A DNA stretch of 64,000 nucleotides from Rhynchopus sp. YZ270_cl-10 (lineage: Eukaryota), in NCBI GenBank assembly GCA_964035575.1, contig OZ037843.1, forward strand, positions 1,054,001 through 1,118,000, given 5' to 3'. Below, in pieces: positions 34,714 through 44,469 of the stretch (position 1 is the first letter of the stretch; the number at the start of each line of letters is the position of its first letter). Made by a program: the position numbers and the translations under genes. A model generated the notes under the pieces. That model worked only from the letters and a program-made list of their open reading frames with translations, searched no databases and was not told the origin of the DNA.

Positions 34714-35313
34714 AGTACAGTACAGTACAGTACAGTACAGTACAGTACAGTACAGTACAGTACAGTACAGTACAGTACAGTACAGTACAGTACAGTACAG
34801 TACAGTACAGTACAGTACAGTACAGTACAGTACAGTACAGTACAGTACAGTACAGTACAGTACAGTACAGTACAGTACAGTACAGTACAGTACAGTACAG
34901 TACAGTACAGTACAGTACAGTACAGTACAGTACAGTACAGTACAGTACAGTACAGTACAGTACAGTACAGTACAGTACAGTACAGTACAGTACAGTACAG
35001 TACAGTACAGTACAGTACAGTACAGTACAGTACAGTACAGTACAGTACAGTACAGTACAGTACAGTACAGTACAGTACAGTACAGTACAGTACAGTACAG
35101 TACAGTACAGTACAGTACAGTACAGTACAGTACAGTACAGTACAGTACAGTACAGTACAGTACAGTACAGTACAGTACAGTACAGTACAGTACAGTACAG
35201 TACAGTACAGTACAGTACAGTACAGTACAGTACAGTACAGTACAGTACAGTACAGTACAGTACAGTACAGTACAGTACAGTACAGTACAGTACAGTACAG
35301 TACAGTACAGTAC
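34714..35313. repeat. (CAGTA)n microsatellite
   Basis: Perfect 5-bp array of ~600 bp. Confidence 0.97.
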
Positions 35314-35706
35314 CCCTGCTAACGACCCACCCAGAGTGGGACAAAAAAAGCTCATCCCAAAATATGCCGATCACAAAAAAATCACAAAAAACCCCGATCA
35401 TCCAACAATCACACACCCACAGAATTCACACACTACTATAACATTCGCACTACGTTCGCATCATTCGCACTATGTTCGCACTGTGTTCGCATCGTTCGCA
35501 TCATTCGCACATGCGAATATAGTGCGAATATAGTGCGAATGATGCGAATGATGCGAATGATGCGAATGATGCGAATGATGCGAATGATGCGAACGACAAT
35601 GCGAATGAATGCGAACAGGATGCGAATGCATTCGCACATGCGAATATATGCGAATGGTCATTCGCACGCTATGTATGCCTAGGGGGGGGGGGGGGGGGGG
35701 GGGGGG

Positions 35707-36673
35707 TAGGGGGTCCGACTGTGAGTAAAATTACCGTACCAAAAACTCATTATTAAACTTCTGGTCATCTCCAAGGCAACTGCGGGTGAAACACTCCCTC
35801 AGAGTGGGTCACAGGGGGCCTGTGGGCCGAAAAACGACCCAGAAGCCACCCCAGAATACAAAAAAATGGAAAAAAATAGTGAAAAAACGGCTTTTTTCAC
35901 GTTTTGGCCATGTTGGGCAAAACAGCGATTTTTCAAGAAAAAAACCAAAAAACCCCCGGAACCCCAATCTTTCCAAATTTCCACCTCATCCCCACCCAAA
36001 CACCGCAAAAACACGATAGAAAATCGTCTTTAAAAACACACTTTTTTCAAAAAGGCTATTATGGAACCCGCCTGATGACCTTTTTGAAAAAAATGTGTTT
36101 TTAAAGACGATTTTCTATCGTGTTTTTGCGGTGTTTGGGTGGGGATGAGGTGGAAATTTGGAAAGATTGGGGTTCCGGGGGCCCTTTTTCGGGGGTTTTA
36201 AGCAAAAATATGGCCGAGAATGTGGTCGGAGCAATGGTGGCAGTGCTGTCCCTAGGGTGTCCCTAGCACTTTTGGGGGTGTTTTTCAGTGTGAAAACACC
36301 AAAAAAACACTTCCAAAAGTGTCAAATATGCCCAAAACAGGTTGGAATGGACTCACAGGCCACTTTTGGGGTATATTTGTGCCAAAGGAGGCTTTGTGAT
36401 GTCAAAAAATATGCCGTTTTTTGGTTTTTTTCTTGAAAAATCGCTGTTTTGCCCAAAGTGGCCAAAACGTGAAAAAAGCCGTTTTTTCACTATTTTTTTC
36501 CATTTTTTTGTATTCTGGGGTGGCTTCTGGGTCGTTTTTCGGCCCACAGGCCCCCTGTGACCCACTCTGAGGGTGTTTTTCACCTGCAGTTGCCTTGGAG
36601 ATGACCAGAAGTTTAATAATGAGTTTTTGGTACGAAATTTTATACACAAGTCTATTAGGAGTCGGACCCCCTA
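35707..36673. mobile_element. Train 1, element E5: foldback TIR element
   Basis: TIR tagggggtccgact / agtcggaccccc-ta; long inverted arms with centre near 36070; internal sequence shared with E7. Confidence 0.88.
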
Positions 36674-36957
36674 GGGGGGGGGGGGGAAAGCGAACCCCCC
36701 GTGTGAACCGCAAGAACCCCACAAAATTGGGTCCGGGGGGCAGGGCATATCCTAAATCTGAGGTCTGTGCGTCCAAATTTTGAAAAAGGGTGCAAAAAAA
36801 AAAGGGGGCGGATTTTTTTTTTTTTTTGATTTTTTCCCCAGGTTTCATCGTTGGTGAAGCTTTTAAACGTCGGCATTTGCATTTCCGGAATTTGTCCGGC
36901 CAGTGGTGGGGTCAATTTGCCGAAATAGACATGTTCTCGTTTTTGGTCAATTTCCTC

Positions 36958-37141
36958 ACAGTACAGCACACAGTACACAGTACACAGTACACAGGTACAC
37001 AGTACACAGTACACAGTACACAGTACACAGTACACAGTACACAGTACACAGTACACAGTACACAGTACACAGTACACAGTACACAGTACACAGTACACAG
37101 TACACAGTACACAGTACACAGTACACAGTACACAGTACACA
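36958..37141. repeat. (CAGTACA)n microsatellite
   Basis: 7-bp array. Confidence 0.96.
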
Positions 37142-38622
37142 CGGGGTCCACCAAAAATCGACATTTCGCAGAGTCACCAAAGTGTAAGATTTTTTCGGCA
37201 TTGGAAAGATTGGGCCATTTCTGAGAACTTCAATAAATCAGATCTCTGATGGTGTGGCTAACTCCAAAAATAAAGTGTATTTTTTGTACTTCTTTTGTAC
37301 TTTTTTTGTATACCCTAAAAAGGGGTTTTTTTTATTTTTGGTACCAATTCGTACTTTCCCAATCGCCCCAAGTCATGGCACCCAAAAGTTCCTGGCGAAG
37401 CCACGGTACGCAACATTTCTGAAAAATGTCGACATAAATTGGCACTGTCGTTGGTAATTATCGTCAGTTCCGTAAATTTCACCTAGTATTTTGCTAGAAC
37501 GAAAGTTTCTGGCGAAGCCAGGTGCGCAACATTTCAAAAAATTGCGCTTATACTTGCACATTTGTGCTGCTGAACTATGTCATGGGAAAGGGTGGGTTGC
37601 AATCTTGCGCCGCAGGCGCACGGTACGCTACTTTTTTCGTTGGTCATATCCTTCTTTCTCACTCCTCATTGGGTTCTACGAGCTCCGTCCGTAAAATGGT
37701 GGGGTCACAACATGCAGCAAAGTTCACAGCTATGCAAACTGCCCCCACGTTCACCTTGCACTTTACCCTCAGTGGTCAAGTACTGACCATATTTTACACC
37801 AAACCTGAAAATGCCCTGTAAAAACTGATGCATGCATTTTAGGTCAAAAATACTCATTTCTCAGCGCAAAGTGACCCCATCACAGCACGCACGGACTCCC
37901 GAGAATCGAAGAAGAAAAAAAAATTCCCCAATTTTTTGTAGGCCAAAAAAAAATTCCCCCCCGACCCCGACCCCCAAAAAGTTTATACAGGGAAATAATT
38001 TTTCGCGAAAAACACCCCCAAAATAAAGTGTAATTTTTGTACTTCTTTTGTGATTCTTTTGTGCTGTTTTTGTACTGGATTTAGCCACACCATCTGAGAG
38101 ATTTATTTTTAATTCCCATTTTCATATCGGGAGTTTACGTGGAAACGCCTTTGAAACCGTGCGTTCCTTAAGGATTCTATAGGCAAAACAGGCGCTTTGC
38201 ACCAAAAATCACGAGTTTCAACACAAAACCCGGTTTTGGCTCAGACCCATGTATGTGGCGCCGGAAACACGCTTGCGCGTTGTCAGAACCCTGCGTGGGC
38301 CACACACGGTCGTGCACACGTGCCCTTTGCCTTGTCACACACCCAAAAACCCACACACACGTCATATATTCACAGCGGAAACACTACAACCATTGCTGGG
38401 AAAATGTTTGGTTCACAAAGTAAAAATAACTATTCATCTGATGAAATAAAGTGCACTTTACTAGCGTCGCGAACCCCGCAAATGGGGTTGTCAGGACCAC
38501 CACAAGTAATCTTTTACGGCTGCGCCCTTTTTGCACCAACCTCTAAAAACCCACCTTTTTCCTTTCCATCCTCCACACCACAAACTAAGGCAGAAATACA
38601 CCTTTACACACCACAGTGCACA

Positions 38623-40341
38623 ATGGGCTGTCTCGAGCGTGTACTGTCGCTTGACGGGACACTGGACAAGCAAAGCAGACATATACGAAATGTATTCTTT
38701 ATTTTCAACTGCTTAGTATTTGCAACCTCGTCTTCCTTCATCCTGTTAGAGGTGGCATCCTTCCGTGGGAGCTACGTCTTTATAGTATGTGCGATGTGCT
38801 CTTTGCTGTGCAGCATCTGTTCTATGCTAGTCATTATGTTTAAGTACGAGCTGACCACATCCGTCATGGTGTCAGTCGGCGGACTGTACGCTGTTTCGCT
38901 GCTGGGCAGTGACCTGAGTGAACGCACTGAATCTGGATATGCCTGGCCATTGATGGTGCTTGTGGTGGACTATCTCCTGGTGATGCAGGTGCCCACACGG
39001 TACAGCACAGTTGTCGTGGTGTGCACACTGGTGTATTTGGTCATTATTGCTGCAGAAGAATTGTGGAGGTTTGGTCTGCTCGACATGCCCGGGCTCGCAC
39101 CTCAAGACCGTCGACGTTCCTTCGTGGATAGCCTGGGTGACTGTGATGTGCTGCCTTGCAAGCAGAATAGAGCTGGGAAAGAGCTTGTGGGTGCAGCGTC
39201 CGTCTTCGTCCTTGACTTCATCACAACGCGAAGATTTGCACGTGGTCTCCTGAAGGAGCAGGCATCAATGCAACGCACAATCGCGACAGTGCAGGACATC
39301 GCCTCGCTCCTTGCTGGCTACGACGTGGAGAAGGTGGCGGAGCTGCTGGAGGAGCACGGTGGTGAGCTGCCTGAGGGGATGACGACAGCACTGCGGAAGT
39401 TGGAGCAGAACCTGCGTGTGTACAAGGCGTACCTCCCGCAGACGTGTCTGCCGTTTGAGGACGAGAAGGACGAATGTGTGGAACCTGGTGGTGAGCTGGA
39501 TGGCACTGACAGTAACGATGAAAGCACAGGGTCAGCGGCAACATCGAACACGTCTGTTGCAGTGCGACGCACTTCCTTCCGTGCACAGTCGCTGCTGCTC
39601 TCATCCACAAATGCAACACTGCTGATACTGAACATCAAAGACACCCTGCACCGCCTGGAGGAGGACAGTGCACGCTTCTCCGACCTCTTCACAACTGTTC
39701 TTCTGAAGACCCTGCAGGCAACAGACAGCAGACGTGGGATGGTGGACGTCTTTGTTGGGGACAGGATCCACTGCTCGTTCAACACGTCGAAGCAGTGTGC
39801 GTCGCACGCAACCTCAGCACTGCATGCAGCAAGCATGCTCATGAGAGCTGGCCTGGCAGCCTCTGTGAACGTGGGTGTTGCAATGGGGACAGTGCTGCGT
39901 GGTGACATGGGTTGTGATGTGATGCGTCGCTTCAGCATGGTGGGGACACTTGTGCGCAACGTGCACGGGATGGAACGTGCAGGACGTATGCTGGGGTGCG
40001 ACGTTGTCTGCAACAGGATGTGCTTCAGCGACGCTGAGTGCGAACACGACCTGCGTCTGCTTCCGTGCAAGGTGGAGGTTGCTCGAGACTGCGAGGCACA
40101 GGTTGTGGCTGAGCTGGTTTCGAAGAACGAAGAAGCCTCAACTGCAGCAGACGAGTGGATGTACCTGATAGGCGGGAAGAAGCACTGGGATTTGTACAAC
40201 ACAGTGGTGCGTGGGTACCTGCGTGGTGAGAGTTGTTACACGGACGTTGCGAGGGCGTGGGTGGAGGCGGGTGGGAGTGGCACACCAGCACATGCAGTCC
40301 CTTCCGGGACGTGCAGTGTTGTGTGTTCCTATCTTCGGTGA
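38623..40341 (+). CDS. Multi-pass membrane protein with a degenerate class III nucleotidyl cyclase domain, paralog 1
   Basis: About 5-6 hydrophobic N-terminal helices, then KAYLP, VDVFVGDRIHCSFN, NVGVAMG..GDMG..RRFSMVG. The ATG follows ccacag, where similarity to paralog 2 begins. Confidence 0.85.
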   Translation: MGCLERVLSLDGTLDKQSRHIRNVFFIFNCLVFATSSSFILLEVASFRGSYVFIVCAMCSLLCSICSMLVIMFKYELTTSVMVSVGGLYAVSLLGSDLSERTESGYAWPLMVLVVDYLLVMQVPTRYSTVVVVCTLVYLVIIAAEELWRFGLLDMPGLAPQDRRRSFVDSLGDCDVLPCKQNRAGKELVGAASVFVLDFITTRRFARGLLKEQASMQRTIATVQDIASLLAGYDVEKVAELLEEHGGELPEGMTTALRKLEQNLRVYKAYLPQTCLPFEDEKDECVEPGGELDGTDSNDESTGSAATSNTSVAVRRTSFRAQSLLLSSTNATLLILNIKDTLHRLEEDSARFSDLFTTVLLKTLQATDSRRGMVDVFVGDRIHCSFNTSKQCASHATSALHAASMLMRAGLAASVNVGVAMGTVLRGDMGCDVMRRFSMVGTLVRNVHGMERAGRMLGCDVVCNRMCFSDAECEHDLRLLPCKVEVARDCEAQVVAELVSKNEEASTAADEWMYLIGGKKHWDLYNTVVRGYLRGESCYTDVARAWVEAGGSGTPAHAVPSGTCSVVCSYLR

Positions 40342-40468
40342 TTGTGTGGCTATTGCGTTCATGTTTAAAGTACAGTGGACTCACGTCTACTGGCACTGTT
40401 TTGCTGACCAAAATCTTCGGTAGAACAAGTTTTCCACAACCTTCCTTCCCCCCCCCCCCCCCCCCCTA

Positions 40469-41371
40469 GGCATAGGTGCCCGCCGAGTCGTTTTTGGGCG
40501 AGTTGTCGGAACTTTACGATTTCACCTAACAACTCGCCCAAAACTCGGACAACTCGGCCACAACTCGCCCTATACTCGGCACAACTCGCCCTATACTCGG
40601 CACAACTCGGCCACAACTCGGCCACAACTCGCCCATTTTTACAGGCAAAAACATACAGGGATGGGAGGTGACGTTGTAAGGTTACACACATGTAACGTTG
40701 GTACAACACATAATCTCAAGAAAAACAACCAGGGCTAAGGCCAAACGCCACTCATTACATGCACCTTGTCATATGACTAGTCATAGGTGGTAACTAGGTC
40801 GCGGTGGTCCATGGGCCACCGTGCACTTTTGGTAATTGCTGGGGGGAATGGGATATACTCCGTACATGGATACACACAGAACACACGGTTCCCCAGACAT
40901 CTGTCAGGCAATCACTGATTCACTTCACACAGGTCGGGCAGGCGCTGCCTGCCCATCCTCTTTTCCTGTCTGCTATCGATTCCAGGTTCACAACGTTCAC
41001 ACGTTTAGTCAAAATGCTTTGGGCGACGACTTCCTTTGGGATACACAAAACCACACAAAGCGCACATTCACAGACCAGCTGTGAAGCGTGGGATGCACGA
41101 GATAAAACGTGATGTGGTGTACCTGTGTACCTGTGTACCTGTGTACCTGTGTACCTGTGTACCTGTGTACCTGTGTACCTGTGTACCTGTGTACCTGTGT
41201 ACCTGTGTACCTGTGTACCTGTGTACCTGTGTACCTGTGTACCTGTGTACCTGTGTTTTTGTAGCCATAAAAAATCCCAAAAAAAAACAACTCGCCCAAA
41301 AAAAATGGGCGAGTTGTTGGCCGAATTTGGGCGAGTTGCCGAGTTGTTTTAACTCGCCGGGCACCTATGCC
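40469..41371. mobile_element. Train 2, element E6: non-autonomous TIR element (GGCATA end family)
   Basis: TIR ggcataggtgcccg.cgagt / actcgccgggcacctatgcc; caactcg subterminal repeats. Confidence 0.88.
41118..41255. repeat. (TGTACCTG)n microsatellite
   Basis: Perfect 8-bp array inside E6. Confidence 0.97.
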
Positions 41372-42563
41372 TAGGGGGTACGACTCCAGCCATTTTTTGC
41401 GCACGGAAAATTCATTTGGCATTATCTGGCCATCTCCAAGGCAACTGCGGGTGAAAAACACCCTCAGAGTGGGTCACAGGGGGCCTGTGGGTCGAAAAAC
41501 GACCCAGAAGCCACCCCAGAATACAAAAAAATGGAAAAAAATAGTGAAAAAACGGCTTTTTTCACGTTTTGGCCACTTTGGGCAAAATAGCGATTTTTCG
41601 AGAAAAAAATCAAAAACCGGGATATTTTTTGACATCACAAAGCCTCCTTTGGCACAAATATACCCCAAAAGTGGCCTGTGAGTCCATTCCAACCTGTTTT
41701 GGACATATTTGACACTTTTGGAAGTGTTTTTTTGGTGTTTTTCGGTCAAAAAAATGCCCAAGACGTCCCCAAGACATCCCCAAGACACTTTGCACACCCC
41801 CTGTTACGGTCATATTTTTTTCGTTTTTTTGCCTGAAACCCCCAAAATACCCCTCCCGGACCCCACATAGTCCCGAATATCCATCACACACCCACTCAGA
41901 GTGAGTAGAAGCACCCCAAAAAAAATATTTTTTAAAGCCCTTCAACTTCAACATGGATGCTGCCGAAACTGAAGCACAATTTTAGGGCTTTAAAAAATAT
42001 TTTTTTTGGGGTGCTTCTACTCACTCTGAGTGGGTGTGTGATGGATATTCGGGACTATGTGGGGTCCGGGAGGGGTATTTTGGGGGTTTCAGGCAAAAAA
42101 ACGAAAAAAATATGACCGTAACAGGGGGTGTGCAAAGTGTCTTGGGGATGTCTTGGGGACGTCTTGGGCATTTTTTTGACCTAAAAACACCAAAAAAACA
42201 CTTCCAAAAGTGTCAAATATGTCCAAAACAGGTTGGAATGGACTCACAGGCCACTTTTGGGGTATATTTGTGCCAAAGGAGGCTTTGTGATGTCAAAAAA
42301 TATCCCGGTTTTTGATTTTTTTCTCGAAAAATCGCTATTTTGCCCAAAGTGGCCAAAACGTGAAAAAAGCCGTTTTTTCACTATTTTTTTCCATTTTTTT
42401 GTATTCTGGGGTGGCTTCTGGGTCGTTTTTCGACCCACAGGCCCCCTGTGACCCACTCTGAGGGTGTTTTTCACCCGCAGTTGCCTTGGAGATGGCCAGA
42501 TAATGCCAAATGAATTTTCCGTGCGTTTGGTCCCAGCCAAAATGGCTGGAGTCGTATCCCCTA
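41372..42563. mobile_element. Train 2, element E7: near-perfect ~1.2 kb palindromic (foldback) element
   Basis: TIR taggggRtacgactccagccatttt; arms of ~560 bp; loop at ~41942-41983; poly-C on both sides once E6 is removed. Confidence 0.9.
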
Positions 42564-42578
42564 CCCCCCCCCCCCCCC

Positions 42579-44181
42579 TAGGGGCTATCAAATGGGGGTA
42601 ACATTGGGCGTTTTTTCAAGTTCAAATAAAAAACGTGTTTCTATGTCTTCTGATGATGAAATCCACCCCACAGCCCCATAAAAATGACGCATGAGCCCAA
42701 AAAACCCGGTTTTGGGGTGATTAGAGACCTTTTTTTCACTTTTTCGATTTTCTGGGCACACCTAGGTACCTATGTGTGCCCTTCAGTACGTGCTTTTTTT
42801 GAAGATACGGAGCTTGATTGTGACAATTTGCGCTTTGGAGTCCTCCTGTGAGGGACGGAAGGGGGTTCACATTTTATTGTCGATTCTGACCTCGACAAGG
42901 TCATCCCTCAGCGCCCATCGGGACTCAAGCCTATTGATTCGGCTTCTTCCTTCAAGTCATCCATTAACACGTCCTTCAGCTTCGTCCGTTTTCTTGCCTT
43001 CGAGCTCACCGCGTGCACCTCTCCCCAAACCTGATCTGCAGGCTGCGCTGTGGTCCTTGGAACTTCTTGACCACTTTATAGCGCACAAGGGATTCCTAAA
43101 GCGAGCGCGGTACCCGGAGTTTTGCTGGTACTGCGCAATTTGGGACGTATGCAGAGGGTTAGCTCCTGGCAGACGGTCAGAGAGTTGCGCAAACGTTGCA
43201 TGCGAAGATTCCGTAAAATCGTTCGAATGTGGCGCCATCTCGTACGCCTGTTTGTTCTCCACAAACTGCTGTTCGTCTTTAGCCACAACTCGTGTGAGGG
43301 TGGGAATCATGGCTGCTGTCCCTTCCTTGAGAAGCTTGGCACACTGTGTCTGTTGGGCTGGCTTCAGTGTGCAGTTGATGCTGGACACGTAGGATTCAGG
43401 GAACCACGGTGGGAGTTTGGAGTTGTTATAAATTTGACAATGTAGTTAGCCAACTCTTTAACGTGGAGAAGTGGGGACGAGCTTCAGAAGCCGACAACTC
43501 ACCTTCTTGGTTTTTATCGCACTTCAATAATTTCACGGAGGAGAGGTACCACCACAGACACACCACTGACGCAGCTGAAAGTGCTGGTTTAGAGGCTGGG
43601 GCAAAATACCTTCATAGCATTGCCGCCAACAACGTATAAGGTGCCCTTCTTAACTTCCCCGCTGAGGAAATCATACTGCGGTGTCAGGTTTGCAGCTTGG
43701 CTCAGTTTCCATCCATATTTGTTGCCGATTTGGCGCACAAGCTTGGGCCTCCTCATTGGGCACCCCTATGGGGCCCCCATTAGTAGGAGAAAAGCGCCTT
43801 TTTGGTGGATAAAATTAGTTGCTTCGGAATGTCTAAGTACTGAATGTGGCAGCTATATTTTGATCGAATTCAACCCTGGTGTGGTATATTGTGGCGAACT
43901 GGGGGTTTTGAGGGAGAGCAGCGTGCCTTTGTTGACATATCATCTATCCTAGAATATGGGCACACTCAGGTACCTAGGTGTGCCCAGTTTTTGAGATTTT
44001 TTCGAAAAATGCAAAAAAAAGTTTCGCAGATGCACAAAATGGTGAAAAAACGGGGCACAGGTAGTTTTTTGGGGGGTATGTACCACATTTTCCGGTCGAA
44101 AACACTTAGAAACACGTTTTTAAAAAAAAATCGAAAAAATGTCATTTGTTGACAAAATTATACAGCATTTGATAGCCCCTA
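42579..44181 (-). mobile_element. Train 2, element E8: TIR element with a decayed transposase
   Basis: TIR taggggctatcaaatg / catttgatagccccta. The minus-strand remnant PHSNDFTESSHA..SDRLPGANP resembles E9 CTNDYVEGFNS..SGRLMNQTNP. Confidence 0.82.
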
Positions 44182-44469
44182 GGCCCCCCCCCCCTAGGGG
44201 CCGTAATGGCCTTAAGGAAGGGTGAAGCCAAACCACAAAAAACGGGAAAAACTACTTTTGACCAGGGAAAAATGCCAAAATCCACCTCAAAAACACCCTG
44301 GGACCCCCTGTCGGGCAAAAATTGGCACCAGAACCATGAAAAATGCAAAAAAAAAATGGTGAAATATGGTGAAATATGAGGTAAAATGGGTGAGGGTTGG
44401 GAGGGTACTTTTTACAAATTTTCTGATCCCCCCCGTCTCCCCTCTTATGCACAAAACTGGCTAGATATG

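Larger units (their letters stand above)
33787..35679. mobile_element. Train 1, element E4: non-autonomous TIR element (GGCATA end family)
   Basis: TIR ggcatacatagcgtgcgaa / ttcgcacgctatgtatgcc; tgcgaa subterminal repeats. Confidence 0.88.

Noticed and set aside
33685..35441. Long ORFs such as (TQY)n, (VQYST)n and (YCTVL)n
   Set aside because: These are translations of stop-free microsatellites. The same applies to the ORFs at 8592-9184, 15698-16021, 26423-27129, 36655-37224 and 41009-41461.
38197..38622. N-terminal extensions of the cyclase ORFs (also 48179-48346)
   Set aside because: They are not conserved between the paralogs; similarity starts at cacagtgcacaATG.
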